Shown: positions 1-9,619, counted from the stretch's first letter. The stretch: 64,000 nt of DNA from an uncultured Mitsuokella sp. (GCA_945873115.1 CAMCBT010000005.1:69-64068); one strand, 5' to 3'. Notes: generated by a model from the letters alone, not told the origin. Numbers and translations are program-made.

Positions 1-1046
1 CCCTTGGCTGACCGCTCTGCGATGGCCTCCGTCACCTCATCAAACCGTGCCTTGGCTTTCTCGCACCGCTCCACCAAGTCGTTGTAGCGTTTCTGGTACT
101 CCCCTTGTCTTGGGCAATCCTCGCATTCTCGGCGATGCAGTTCTGGGTCATCTCCACCAGCACCGCAAGTTCCTGCCCCAATGAGGCTTTCTCCTGCTCC
201 AACTCCGTTGTGTCGCAGAGGGGCTGCCGGACGAGCCGGGCATTGGCGTCAATCTCCTCCGACACGCAGGATGCGCTAGTGCTGGCGCAGGAGCGTGATG
301 CGACGTTTGCGCCAGCCCGCTCCGTCACCAGCTTGTTGAAGGCCGTGATAAAGGCTGCCTTGATTTCCTCCTCCGTTACATGAGACGTTTGGCACTTATG
401 CCCATCGTAATTCTTGTTGCAGCGGTATATGACCCTGCGGTACTTGTCCGTGGACTGCCAGACCTTGGCTCCAAAGAAGCCGCCACACTCGCCACATTTG
501 ATTTTGCCGGAGAAAATGCTCACGCCGCTGTATCTGCCTCCCTCCCGCTTGCGCCGTGCCATCTCCGCCTGCACTATCTCAAAGGTAGCAGGCGGGATAA
601 TGGCAGGATGGCTCTGCTCCACAAGGTAGCTGGGGACTTGTCCGTTATTCTTCACTGCATTCTTGGTTAGGAAGTCTGGTGTAAAGGTCTTTTGGATTCG
701 TGCCATTCCAGCGTACTTCTCATTTCTGAGAACACTGTTGATAGTAGTTTGATTCCATTTGCTTTGTCCCATGACCGTCAAGATTCCACGTCTTGTCAGT
801 TCCTTGGCAATGGCATAGGGTGTCAGCCCATCGAGAAACAAGCCAAAGATTAGTCGCACAATCTTGGCCCGCTCCTCTTGACGGCCTCCGTTTCCTTTTG
901 GTTCACGACATAACCGCTTGGTGTACTTTTATAGTCGAAGGGCTTTTTAATTGAGTATTTGTAGGTTTTACCCTTCCGCTGTTCGAAGTATTGTATACGG
1001 AGAGCTTTGACCTTGCCATCGTAAAAATGAGACCTTTAGCTTCATA
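1..1046 (-). pseudogene. large serine recombinase remnant (recombinase, Zn-ribbon and coiled-coil parts present; catalytic resolvase domain absent; at least 2 frame disruptions; 3' end runs off the window)
   Basis: ORF 32..859 reads LIFGLFLDGLTPYAIAKELTRRGI...KWNQTTINSVLRNEKYAG...GKIKCGECGGFFGAKVW...YRCNKNY, which are typical recombinase and Zn-ribbon modules. After the C/G run at 101-104 the text continues in another frame (EYQKRYNDLVERCEKAKARFDEVTEAIAERSAK) to position 1. Bases 860-1046 carry recombinase-like text (STPSGYVVNQKETEAV) in a third frame. No Ser-nucleophile domain is present. Confidence 0.75.
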
Positions 1047-1210
1047 AAGTCCTAACAAGCTCTCTCCTCTATGCTGTCGCCCATTTTACACCCTGCAAAC
1101 GGGAACTACACCTTACAAACGGCTTACCTTCAGCCCTGCACCCCCTTCGAAACAAAAGCGCCGAAAAATTCCCCTGCCTCCCTGCCCTTTGTTTCAGGCC
1201 ACTCCTTCAC

Positions 1211-1254
1211 AACACAAAAACACCTCGAAGCCCCTTATTTCATAGGGGTTCGAG
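1211..1254 (-). terminator. Rho-independent terminator
   Basis: Stem ctcgaagcccct / aggggttcgag with an 8-nt loop. On the minus strand it is followed by GTGTTTTTGTGTT. Confidence 0.55.
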
Positions 1255-1274
1255 ATGTTTCACACTCTATATTC

Positions 1275-1430
1275 TTATATCAATTCGGCTATGATTTTGT
1301 CCAAAAGCTCCGATTCCGAATCAGGATTTTCAGGAAGGCAAACCACCCGTCCCTCCAATAAATCCACATAGCTTTGCTGGCGATTAGCCCTTTCAAAGGC
1401 TTAAAGCAATTCCTGAAATGAAATTTTCAT
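1275..1430 (-). pseudogene. small ORF (about 51 codons) interrupted by an in-frame TAA at 1401-1403
   Basis: Minus-strand reading MKISFQELL*AFERANRQQSYVDLLEGRVVCLPENPDSESELLDKIIAELI* stays in a single frame. It sits between tyrA and the recombinase remnant and is followed by the terminator at 1211-1254. Confidence 0.3.
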
Positions 1431-1445
1431 ACACAAATGCCCTTA

Positions 1446-2336
1446 TCAATTCGGATCAAAGTGCTTCGAGGCATTCGAAAGAATCCGATCCCGCAGCTCC
1501 TTTGAAGATGAGAAAAATGCATAGAGCTCCTCTCGATTTCCTCGATGGATTGAGTCGATGACCTCCCTCAGGATTCCTTGGAGCTCCTTGAGGTGCGCAG
1601 TAATTGCCTTTTGATTTGTCATGCAGATATCTGCCCACATGTCGGCATTTGAGGAGGCTATGCGAGTTGTATCCTTGAAGCCGCCACCGACAAGCTTGAT
1701 GCAGGATTCCATATCGCCCCCCGTTCGGCCCAAAAGTGTCACAAGGGAAGCTGCCGTCACATGAGGGACATGGCTGATGACAGAGGCGCAGCGATCATGG
1801 GTCTTGAGATCAAGGGTCGTAAAGTTTGCCCCCGTATGGCGAAGGATTCCCATAAGACGCTCCATGGCTTCCTTGGGCGCCCCGGTTCCTTTAATAAGCA
1901 CATAGGCCTTGCCCTGAAAAAGATCCTTTGTGGCTGCCTCTACACCGCTTTTTTCCCGTCCCGCCATGGGATGGCCGGCAATATAGAAAATATCCTTGGG
2001 CAGAATCTCACGAAGATGCTCCCAGATATATTCCTTTGTGCTTCCTGCGTCCGTCAAAATTGTTCCAGGCTTCAGGAAGGGCAGAATTTTTTTTACCAAG
2101 GGAACAATCTGAAGCACGGGGGGGCTCAGGTATACGATATCCGCGCCCCTAACAACCTCCTCCAGAGAGCCTGACACGGCATCCACAGCGGAGAGAAGAA
2201 CGGCCTTGTCTCTGCTGGCTTGGGAGCGGGAATAGCCAGTGATGTAAATGGAGTCCCCCATGGTTGCCTTGAGGCAGAGCCCCAGGGATCCGCCGATAAG
2301 GCCGACCCCAAGGATAGCGAGATGTGTCCGGATCAT
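1446..2336 (-). CDS. tyrA: prephenate dehydrogenase
   Basis: N-terminal Rossmann motif ILGVGLIGGSLG and the AGHPMAGREKSG motif. The start overlaps the stop of the upstream DAHP synthase gene (ATGA). Confidence 0.9.
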   Translation of the reverse strand: MIRTHLAILGVGLIGGSLGLCLKATMGDSIYITGYSRSQASRDKAVLLSAVDAVSGSLEEVVRGADIVYLSPPVLQIVPLVKKILPFLKPGTILTDAGSTKEYIWEHLREILPKDIFYIAGHPMAGREKSGVEAATKDLFQGKAYVLIKGTGAPKEAMERLMGILRHTGANFTTLDLKTHDRCASVISHVPHVTAASLVTLLGRTGGDMESCIKLVGGGFKDTTRIASSNADMWADICMTNQKAITAHLKELQGILREVIDSIHRGNREELYAFFSSSKELRDRILSNASKHFDPN

Positions 2337-3346
2337 ACTCTGCGCCCCATGACTACAGCGATTTTCTTTAACTCCTCCATCAGAGCATTGAAGTTTTTCG
2401 GCGTAAGGCTTTGATCGCCATCGGAAAGCGCGACCTCCGGATGGGGATGAACCTCGATGATGAGACCATCACAGCTGGCAGCGACAGCAGCGCGGGCCAT
2501 GGGCTGAACCATCTGCCATCGTCCCGTACCGTGGCTGGGATCCACTATGATGGGCAGGTGGGAGAGCTCTTTTACCGCTGCCACCGCCGAAATATCCAGT
2601 GTATTTCTTGTAAAGGTCTCATAGGTGCGAATGCCCCGCTCACAGAAAATGACATTTTCATTGCCACCTGCCATGATGTATTCTGCCGCATTGAGCCACT
2701 CGCTGATGGTCGCAGAAAGGCCGCGCTTCAGCATGACAGGCTTACGCGTCTTCCCGAGAGCCTTCAGAAGCTGGAAGTTCTGCATATTGCGGGCCCCCAC
2801 CTGATAGATATCAGCATATTTTCCGACAGCCTCGATATCCTCCTTGTCAACAATCTCCGTCACGACACGAAGACCGACTGTATCTGCAACGCGGCGAAGC
2901 ATCTTGAGTCCATCCACGGCAAGGCCCTGAAAGTCATAGGGGCTTGTCCGGGGCTTGAAGGCACCGCCACGGAGGAACTGGGCGCCGCCTGCCTTTACAG
3001 CCTTTGCCGCCTCCATGAGCTGCTCCTCACTCTCCACCGAGCAAGGGCCTGCCATGATGGCAAGTTCCTCACCGCCGATGGGAAAGCCTGCCACATCCAC
3101 TATGGTATTTTCCGGATGGAAGTTGCGGCTGACCAGCTTGTACTTTTCTGTAATGCGTACGGTCTTTTCCACGCCCTCCATCATGCTGACCTCGAGGCCC
3201 GCAATCTTTTTGCGATCCCCAATGACGCCGATAATGGTGCAGTCCTCACCTGTGGAGAGATGGGCCCGAAGCCCGCTATCCTTCAGCCGGTCTATGACCC
3301 GGTCGATATTTTCCTGGGTTGCCTTGGGGCTCATGACGATAATCAT
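2333..3346 (-). CDS. aroF: 3-deoxy-7-phosphoheptulonate (DAHP) synthase, type I-beta with N-terminal ferredoxin-like regulatory domain
   Basis: Text MIIVMSPKATQENIDRVIDRLK...IMAGPCSVESEEQL...FLRGGAFKPRTSPYDFQGL...PIIVDPSHG. I chose the ATG at 3346, 7 nt after AAGGAGGAAA. The longer track ORF (to 3487) runs into the T-box leader. Confidence 0.9.
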   Translation of the reverse strand: MIIVMSPKATQENIDRVIDRLKDSGLRAHLSTGEDCTIIGVIGDRKKIAGLEVSMMEGVEKTVRITEKYKLVSRNFHPENTIVDVAGFPIGGEELAIMAGPCSVESEEQLMEAAKAVKAGGAQFLRGGAFKPRTSPYDFQGLAVDGLKMLRRVADTVGLRVVTEIVDKEDIEAVGKYADIYQVGARNMQNFQLLKALGKTRKPVMLKRGLSATISEWLNAAEYIMAGGNENVIFCERGIRTYETFTRNTLDISAVAAVKELSHLPIIVDPSHGTGRWQMVQPMARAAVAASCDGLIIEVHPHPEVALSDGDQSLTPKNFNALMEELKKIAVVMGRRV

Positions 3347-3361
3347 AGAATTTCCTCCTTT

Positions 3362-3623
3362 TACACCAAAAAAGCCCGTCCCTATACAGGGACGAGCCTC
3401 GCTCGCGGTACCACCCTGCTTGCCATGCAAGCCACTCTTTGGATACAAGCATATCCGCAGCCTATGATAACGGTGGCGCTCCGGCATGGCCTACGCAGAA
3501 TCTCCTTCAGCCAGCTGCTCCTGAGTGTATTTCATCCCGCTCTGCCACAGCGTCGCACCAGCCCGCTGCTCTCTGAAAGCATCCGAAGGATTACTTCTCT
3601 CAATCATCGCATATCTATCGATG
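3362..3623 (-). promoter_or_regulatory. T-box leader, tyrosine specifier (UAC)
   Basis: Minus-strand leader has AGAGA and CAGAGAGCAGCGGGCTGGTGCGA stem-I elements. The specifier-loop text GAAA-UAC-A puts the codon at 3527-3529. T-box sequence AGCAGGGTGGTACCGCGAG lies at 3402-3420 and overlaps the 5' arm of the terminator gctcgtccct/agggacgggc, which is followed by a T-run at 3367-3398. Confidence 0.85.
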
Positions 3624-3629
3624 GATGTA

Positions 3630-3658
3630 ACTATACCAGTATTTTTATCCCTTGTCAA
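3630..3658 (-). promoter_or_regulatory. sigma-70-type promoter of the T-box/aroF-tyrA unit
   Basis: TTGACA, 17 nt, TATAGT on the minus strand. Confidence 0.6.
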
Positions 3659-3706
3659 CAGAAAATGTAAATTATTTTATATTATGTCCACTCAGAAGGA
3701 ACACCG

Positions 3707-4165
3707 TCACACGCGAACCATGGCCACCTCATCACAGTTTGGGAATTTGGGGCAATCGATGCATTCCTTCCATACCTTATGAGGGAGCTCCTCCTTCGTG
3801 ATGACCTGAAAGCCGAGGGTCTCAAAAAATCCAGGCTTATAGGTCAGCGTAAAGAATTTCTCCACGCCGAGCTCCTCTCCCTCCCGCATGAGGTGGCGAA
3901 CGATTTCCGCTCCAATGCCGTGGCGGGTCATGGATTTCGCCACAGCAAGCGTGCGTATCTCGCCGAGCTTGTCCCAAATGATATGGAGTCCGCCCACGCC
4001 CACGATATTCCCGTCCTGCTCTGCCACGACCATGTCACGGAGGGTCTCATAGAGTGTGTTGCGGGAACGCATGAGCATGACGCCGTCTGCAGCATAGTTA
4101 TTTACCAAAGCATATACGGCCTCCACATCCCGGAAGGTCGCCTTTCGATAATGCATATCTTCCAT
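3707..4165 (-). CDS. GNAT family N-acetyltransferase (ArgA-like small acetyltransferase)
   Basis: GNAT core IVGVGGLHIIWDKLGEIRTLAV...RHGIGAEIVRHL, plus the C-terminal text KVWKECIDCPKFPNCDE that is common in this subfamily. The start could be the second ATG at 4156. Confidence 0.8.
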   Translation of the reverse strand: MEDMHYRKATFRDVEAVYALVNNYAADGVMLMRSRNTLYETLRDMVVAEQDGNIVGVGGLHIIWDKLGEIRTLAVAKSMTRHGIGAEIVRHLMREGEELGVEKFFTLTYKPGFFETLGFQVITKEELPHKVWKECIDCPKFPNCDEVAMVRV

Positions 4166-4190
4166 CCTGCACCCTTTTCATAGCCTAGAA

Positions 4191-4829
4191 TTACTTGGCG
4201 GTCTCCGCGCTGGGACATACCTGGCGAAGTGGGCAAATCGGGCAATCCGGCTTTCTTGCCTTGCATACCTTGCGCCCATGATAAATAAGCCAGTGATGTG
4301 CATCCGCCCACTTTTCGCGTGGAATGGCCTTTTGAAGCCCCTTTTCCACGGCCAGAGGCGTGCTTCCAACGGCCAGATGAAGGCGATTTGCCACTCGGAA
4401 AACATGGGTATCCACCGCAATGGCAGGCTTATGAAAGGCCACGCTCATCACCACATTCGCCGTTTTGCGGCCGACCCCAGGGAGTGCCTGAAGCGCCTCC
4501 ATGCTTTCTGGAACCTCCCCGCCGTAGGTGTCGCAGAGGATCTGGCAGGTCGCAAAGATATTCTTCGCCTTGTTGTGAAAAAGTCCGCAATCCCGGATTT
4601 CGTTTTCCAGTGCTGAAACGCCCAAAGAAAGAATTGCCTCTGGTGTATTGGCTTTCTGGAAAAGCCGCCTTGTTGTGATATTCACCCGGGCATCCGTGCA
4701 CTGGGCAGAAAGAATCACTGCCACCAGAAGCTCGAAGGAGGAGGAGAACTCCAGCGCAGGCTTTGCCCCCCGATAGGTCTCCTCCAGAATGGCAAGCTGC
4801 TCCTCCCGGATTTTCTTCGTTACACGCAT
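4191..4829 (-). CDS. nth: endonuclease III
   Basis: HhH-GPD text LPGVGRKTANVVM and the C-terminal 4Fe-4S cluster CKARKPDCPICPLRQVC. Confidence 0.92.
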   Translation of the reverse strand: MRVTKKIREEQLAILEETYRGAKPALEFSSSFELLVAVILSAQCTDARVNITTRRLFQKANTPEAILSLGVSALENEIRDCGLFHNKAKNIFATCQILCDTYGGEVPESMEALQALPGVGRKTANVVMSVAFHKPAIAVDTHVFRVANRLHLAVGSTPLAVEKGLQKAIPREKWADAHHWLIYHGRKVCKARKPDCPICPLRQVCPSAETAK

Positions 4830-4839
4830 AGCTACCTCA

Positions 4840-6201
4840 TCAGTTTGTCAGGCTTCGCACCGGCGCGGGAATCCTTCCGCCGCGAGCGATAAAGGCCTCG
4901 GAGCTATATGCATTCCGCACAGGCATGATGGGGCAATAGCCCAGGAGCCCGCCGAATTCAACAACATCTCCCACCTTTTTCCCCGGAACCGGAATGACGC
5001 GCACCGCCGTCGTCTTGTTGTTGATCATACCGATAGCTGCCTCATCGGCAATGATGCCAGAAATCGTAGCAGCCGAAGTATCGCCCTCAATGGCAATCAT
5101 GTCGAGCCCCACAGAGCAAACGCAGGTCATGGCCTCCAGCTTCTCAAGCGACAGGCTTCCCTTCTCCACGGCACGGATCATGCCCTCATCCTCGCTGACC
5201 GGGATAAAGGCGCCAGAAAGACCGCCCACATGAGAGGAGGCCATGAGTCCGCCCTTCTTCACCGCATCGTTTAAGAGTGCAAGTGCCGCCGTCGTGCCCG
5301 GTGCACCACAGCTTTCAATGCCCATTTCCTCAATAATACGGGCCACGCTATCGCCCACAGCCGGTGTCGGAGCCAGAGAGAGGTCGATGATGCCGAAAGG
5401 CACGCCGAGCCTGCGAGAGGCCTCACGAGCCACCAGCTGCCCAACGCGAGTGATTTTGAAGGCCGTCTTCTTGATGGTCTCGGCAATCTCCGTAAAGTCG
5501 ACCCCCTTGAGCTCCTCCAGAGCGTGCTTCACCACCCCTGGGCCGGATACGCCAACGCTTACCACCTTATCTGCCTCGCTGACACCATGAAAGGCTCCAG
5601 CCATGAAGGGGTTATCCCCCGGTGCATTGCAGAACACCACGAGCTTGGCACAGCCAAGAGCTTCCTTGTCCCGAGTAAGCTCTGCGGTGCGCTTGATGAC
5701 CTCTCCCATCTCCCGGACACAGTCCATATTGATGCCCGCCTTTGTAGAGCCAAGGTTCACGGAGGAGCAGACAAGCTCCGTCGTGGCGAGGGCCTGGGGA
5801 ATCGAGTCGATGAGGATGCGGTCTCCGTTCGTAAAGCCCTTTTCAACGAGGGCAGAAAAGCCGCCGATGAAATTGATGCCAATTTCCTTTGCTGCCCGGT
5901 CCATAGTCTCTGCCACAGGGACATAGGAGTCCGTGCGGCAGGCATCTGCGGCAATGGCTATGGGCGTAACGGAGACGCGCTTGTTGATGATGGGAATGCC
6001 ATATTCAGCCTCGATGTCTTCTCCTGTCTTTACGAGGAATTCCGCCGAGCGAGTGATTTTCTCATAGACATTCTGGCAGAACTTTTCAATATTCGGATGT
6101 GCGCAATCACGGAGAGAGATGCCCATGGTGATAGTACGGACATCCAGCTTGTTCTCCGTAATCATACGGTTTGTCTCGAAGATGTTTTCAAATGTAATCA
6201 C
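4840..6201 (-). CDS. UPF0210/DUF711 family protein (PFL-like fold, function unknown)
   Basis: The N-terminus [26 protein letters not shown] is characteristic of this family. It is paired with the small ACT protein upstream, as is usual. Confidence 0.8.
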   Translation of the reverse strand: MITFENIFETNRMITENKLDVRTITMGISLRDCAHPNIEKFCQNVYEKITRSAEFLVKTGEDIEAEYGIPIINKRVSVTPIAIAADACRTDSYVPVAETMDRAAKEIGINFIGGFSALVEKGFTNGDRILIDSIPQALATTELVCSSVNLGSTKAGINMDCVREMGEVIKRTAELTRDKEALGCAKLVVFCNAPGDNPFMAGAFHGVSEADKVVSVGVSGPGVVKHALEELKGVDFTEIAETIKKTAFKITRVGQLVAREASRRLGVPFGIIDLSLAPTPAVGDSVARIIEEMGIESCGAPGTTAALALLNDAVKKGGLMASSHVGGLSGAFIPVSEDEGMIRAVEKGSLSLEKLEAMTCVCSVGLDMIAIEGDTSAATISGIIADEAAIGMINNKTTAVRVIPVPGKKVGDVVEFGGLLGYCPIMPVRNAYSSEAFIARGGRIPAPVRSLTN

Positions 6202-6216
6202 GGACTGCCTCCTGCC

Positions 6217-6486
6217 TCAAACCGTATGCATTGCTTGGAAGATATCCTCATGCTGGACCTTGATATCCACATTCATTGCCTCTCCCTGGGCCTTCAAGGC
6301 CTTTTGCAGATCCAAGAGCTTCACATTGGAGTCCGTGCTTTCCGCAATAAGGACCATGTTGAAGAAACCATCCATGATATTCTGATTGATGCTCAAAATG
6401 TTGGCATTATTATCCGAAAGAATCTGGCTGACAGACGCGATAATCCCGACGCGGTCTTTTCCAACGACTGTGACAACGAGTTTCAT
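6217..6486 (-). CDS. ACT domain protein (UPF0237 family)
   Basis: MKLVVTVVGKDRVGIIASVSQILSDNNANI is an ACT fold. RBS GAAGGAGAG. An extended -10 promoter (TGTTATAAT) lies near 6517-6525. Confidence 0.8.
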   Translation of the reverse strand: MKLVVTVVGKDRVGIIASVSQILSDNNANILSINQNIMDGFFNMVLIAESTDSNVKLLDLQKALKAQGEAMNVDIKVQHEDIFQAMHTV

Positions 6487-6663
6487 ATACTGCTCTCCTT
6501 CAAGTCAAAAACAAATCCTATAGGAATTATAACAAGACCTGCCCTAAAAACCAATAGCCTCTATGAAATAATTGATCAAACTGCCCACACCGAAAATCGG
6601 TGTAGAACCTTGAAAACTACTTATCTCAGAAGATAAAGAAGGCGTGATGACAAGGATGAACGG

Positions 6664-6864
6664 ATGCTCGGCGGGCTGTTCTACCTCATGGTGGAGGAAG
6701 TCGCCGACATAACCTTCAGCCATTCCATGCAGATTCTTGTGGAAGCCATGCTGGCAACAGTGCAGGAAACATTTCATGTCACGGACGAGCAGGTTGAAAG
6801 ATTCTACCAGTGCTTTCTTTCTAAGCTGCCGTCCTCCATGCAGAGACTATTGCAAGCCGCTTGA
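6664..6864 (+). CDS. hypothetical 66-aa protein (orphan ORF)
   Basis: AAGGA lies 7 nt upstream of the ATG. Third-codon positions are GC-rich, as in neighbouring genes. I recognise no family. Confidence 0.35.
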   Translation: MLGGLFYLMVEEVADITFSHSMQILVEAMLATVQETFHVTDEQVERFYQCFLSKLPSSMQRLLQAA

Positions 6865-7011
6865 TGAATTTTGTCCCCTGAGATATGCAGTTTTCAAAAA
6901 ACTGTGGATATTTTGTATGTTAGAAGTTTGAGTAATTGTATATTCCCCGAAAACCTGCCATAATAGAGATAGCTCAAGTCACTCATCTATGAAGTACCAG
7001 GAGGAAAGCAA

Positions 7012-7875
7012 ATGGAACTTGGATTTTTTGATGGCGAATTTATTTCTATGGAGGAGCGCCGTGTCCAGCTGGAGGATCGGGGGTACCAGTTCGGCGATGG
7101 CATCTATGAGGCGACCCATGTATACAATGGAAAATGCTTTGCTCTAGACCGCCACCTGGCCCGCTGCCGCCGCTCCCTTCGGGAGCTTCGCATCCCCATA
7201 ACCTACATGGACGAGGAGCTTATCGCAATCCATGAGGATCTCATCAAGAAGAGCGGCATCAAAAACGGTGTCATCTATTTCCAGATTACGCGCGGCGTGG
7301 CAAAGCGCAGCCACGCTTTTCCGGAGAGCGTTGTCCCCCTTCTTTCCATGACCATACGGGAGTCCAAGACGAATACAAAATGGCAGGCAGAGGGAATCTC
7401 TTGCACCCTCTTCGAGGACATCCGCTGGCTCCGCTGCGATATCAAGACCCTGAACCTTCTCGGCAATGTCCTAGCAAAGCAGGCCTCCCATGATAAAAAT
7501 CTGCAGGGAACCATCCAATATCGGAAGGATACGAATCTCATCACGGAAGGCTCCTCCAGCAACTTTTTCGTGGTAAAGGATGGAGTAATCTGGACCCACC
7601 CCATCAGCAACCTGATTCTGAAGGGCGTGACACGCTCCATCCTGGTGGAGGAAATCATACCGAAGCTTGGGTATACCCTGGTGGAAAAGGCCTTCTCCCC
7701 CGAGTTTGCTCGCTACGCTGATGAAGCCTTTGCTACGAGCACCAGCCTTGAAGTGACTCCGGTGGTGAGCCTCGACGGCACCACCATCGGGGATGGAAAG
7801 CCCGGGGAAATCACCAAGGCGCTTCTGGCCTCCTATCATGAGCTTGTCAAAAAAGAATGCGGTGCCCTATCGTAA
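7012..7875 (+). CDS. dat: D-amino-acid (D-alanine) aminotransferase, fold-type IV PLP enzyme
   Basis: EDRGYQFGDGIYEATHVYNGKCFALDRHLARCRRSL and the overall class-IV pattern. RBS AGGAGGAAA. Confidence 0.85.
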   Translation: MELGFFDGEFISMEERRVQLEDRGYQFGDGIYEATHVYNGKCFALDRHLARCRRSLRELRIPITYMDEELIAIHEDLIKKSGIKNGVIYFQITRGVAKRSHAFPESVVPLLSMTIRESKTNTKWQAEGISCTLFEDIRWLRCDIKTLNLLGNVLAKQASHDKNLQGTIQYRKDTNLITEGSSSNFFVVKDGVIWTHPISNLILKGVTRSILVEEIIPKLGYTLVEKAFSPEFARYADEAFATSTSLEVTPVVSLDGTTIGDGKPGEITKALLASYHELVKKECGALS

Positions 7876-8107
7876 ACCAATAACTCTTTTTCATGCAACA
7901 ATAAACACGAGGCATAATTCAAATTGGTTATAATGTGCGAAAAGTACCGCATTTTTATTGACAAAGCTAATTTTAGTACCTATACTATTAGTCATGATAT
8001 AAATTGTAGAGATGGAATGATAAATAAGCTTTTGTCTTCCGCGTGCAATTTATAACAGGAGTTCATAAGATAAACTTATAGAACGATGGTTAAGGAGAGT
8101 GTTTTTA

Positions 8108-9493
8108 ATGGCTAAGAACCCAGTCAAAATCATGGAGACGGTCCTCCGCGATGGTCATCAGTCTCTCTGCGCAACGCGCATGCATCTCGACGATATGCTC
8201 CCGCAGCTTTCCGCCCTTGACAAGGTCGGCTACAAGGCTCTGGAAGCTTGGGGCGGTGCTACGTTCGATACCTGCCTCCGCTTCCTCAACGAGGATCCCT
8301 GGGAGCGTCTCGATACGCTGAAGAAGAACCTGAAGACTCCGATCCAGATGCTTCTGCGTGGCCAGAACCTCCTTGGCTACAACCACTATTCCAACGATGT
8401 CGTGGAGAAGTTCGTCGCGAAGGCTTCCGCCCATGGTATTGGCGTTTTCCGTATCTTCGATGCCCTCAACGATGTCCGCAACCTGAAGGTTGCCATCGAT
8501 GCAGCCCTCAAGTGCCCCGAGAAGCCGGAGGTCCAGGGCTGCCTCGTCTACACCCTGAGCCCGGTCCACACGAATGATACCTTCGTCAAGCTCGCTGCCG
8601 AGCTGCAGGCGATGGGCTGCCACTCCATCTGCATCAAGGACATGAGCGGTCTCCTGAAGCCCTATGTAGCAGAGGATCTCGTCAAGAAGCTCAAAGCTGA
8701 GCTCGATATTCCTGTTGAGCTTCACACCCACTGCACCTCGGGCTTTGGCCATGCAACGTACCTCAAGGCCGTTGAGGCTGGTGTCGATATCATCGACTGC
8801 GCCCTTGCCCCCTTCTCCTCCGATACGAGCCAGCCTTGCACGGAGACGATGATTCGCGCCCTCGAAGGCACGGATCGTGACACGGGCATCGATGTCCAGC
8901 AGCTCACGCCGATTTCGAAGCACTTCCTCAAGGTGAAGCAGAACCTCATCAAGGAGTTCAACCTCAAGGGCTACTTTGACATCAACCCGAACGTCCTCGA
9001 CTTCCAGATTCCTGGTGGCATGCTCTCCAACCTTGCAAATCAGCTGAAGGAAGCTGGCATGGAAGACAAGTATCAGGATCTTCTCGACGAGATGCCCCGC
9101 GTCCGCAAGGATGTCGGCTATCCGCCGCTTGTCACGCCGTCCTCCCAGATTGTCGGTACCATGGCTACGTTCAACGTCATGAGCGGCCAGCGCTACAAGA
9201 TGGTTCCGAACGAGTTCAAGGATCTTGCCCGCGGCAAGTTCGGCCGTACGCCTGTCCCTGTCGACCATGACTTCCTCACGAAGACTCTTGGCATTCCCGA
9301 GGATCAGATTATCGAGGATTGCTCCATCGAGGATGCAAAGGCAGAAACCTTTGCCGACTTCGAGAAGGAGCTCAAGGACAAGGGCTATCTCAACCCGACA
9401 GAGGAAGACGTGCTCTCCTACGCCCTCTTCCCGCAGGTCGCCGAGGAGTTCTTCCAGAAGCACTACAACAAGATTACGGCTTACAAGCGCTAA
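8108..9493 (+). CDS. carboxyltransferase subunit (oxaloacetate decarboxylase alpha / transcarboxylase 5S family) without a biotinyl domain
   Basis: ETVLRDGHQSLCATRM...HTHCTSG is the pyruvate carboxyltransferase TIM-barrel signature. At about 460 aa it ends before any biotin-carrier domain. The ATG at 8108 lies 10 nt after GGAG; the track ORF starts at the GTG at 8099. Confidence 0.85.
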   Translation: MAKNPVKIMETVLRDGHQSLCATRMHLDDMLPQLSALDKVGYKALEAWGGATFDTCLRFLNEDPWERLDTLKKNLKTPIQMLLRGQNLLGYNHYSNDVVEKFVAKASAHGIGVFRIFDALNDVRNLKVAIDAALKCPEKPEVQGCLVYTLSPVHTNDTFVKLAAELQAMGCHSICIKDMSGLLKPYVAEDLVKKLKAELDIPVELHTHCTSGFGHATYLKAVEAGVDIIDCALAPFSSDTSQPCTETMIRALEGTDRDTGIDVQQLTPISKHFLKVKQNLIKEFNLKGYFDINPNVLDFQIPGGMLSNLANQLKEAGMEDKYQDLLDEMPRVRKDVGYPPLVTPSSQIVGTMATFNVMSGQRYKMVPNEFKDLARGKFGRTPVPVDHDFLTKTLGIPEDQIIEDCSIEDAKAETFADFEKELKDKGYLNPTEEDVLSYALFPQVAEEFFQKHYNKITAYKR

Positions 9494-9520
9494 TCCTTCT
9501 TGTAGCCCCAGTGACAATGA

Positions 9521-9550
9521 AGTCCGCCTATTGCAGGCGGACTTTTTGTT
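9521..9550 (+). terminator. Rho-independent terminator
   Basis: agtccgcc/ggcggact stem followed by TTTTTGTT. Confidence 0.8.
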
Positions 9551-9619
9551 ATTCTTGACGTACAAGCAATATCATTTTATAATAGGAAATATGATTTCTA
9601 TGATATACGGAGGTATTGT

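Noticed and set aside
1071-1361. 96-aa plus-strand ORF in the spacer next to the recombinase remnant
   Set aside because: It has no RBS. It crosses a minus-strand terminator and the interrupted small ORF, and its translation is not protein-like.
3347-3487. N-terminal extensions of track ORFs (aroF to 3487, kinase to 12954, lysC to 17920, uraA from 18063, pfp to 44129, mtaB to 50877, rsmE to 51592, flavodiiron from 41436)
   Set aside because: The extensions lack homology-like text, overlap leaders or neighbouring genes, and internal starts have proper SD sequences.
2411-3670. 419-aa plus-strand ORF
   Set aside because: It is antisense to aroF and runs through the T-box leader. It has no motifs or RBS, and the opposite strand is fully explained.
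4102-4420. 69-aa and 80-aa minus-strand ORFs and plus-strand ORFs across the nth/GNAT junction
   Set aside because: They are alternative frames of nth and the GNAT gene with Arg/Pro-rich translations. Both annotated frames have clear family motifs.
8105-9565. 486-aa minus-strand ORF
   Set aside because: It is antisense to the carboxyltransferase gene and its translation is an L/E/V/R-rich mirror frame. The same reasoning applies to 16604..17938(+), 20512..21531(-), 22642..23784(+), 29203..30432(+), 33715..35058(+), 45645..47243(+), 5524..6636(+), 25686..26711(+) and 56347..57558(+).
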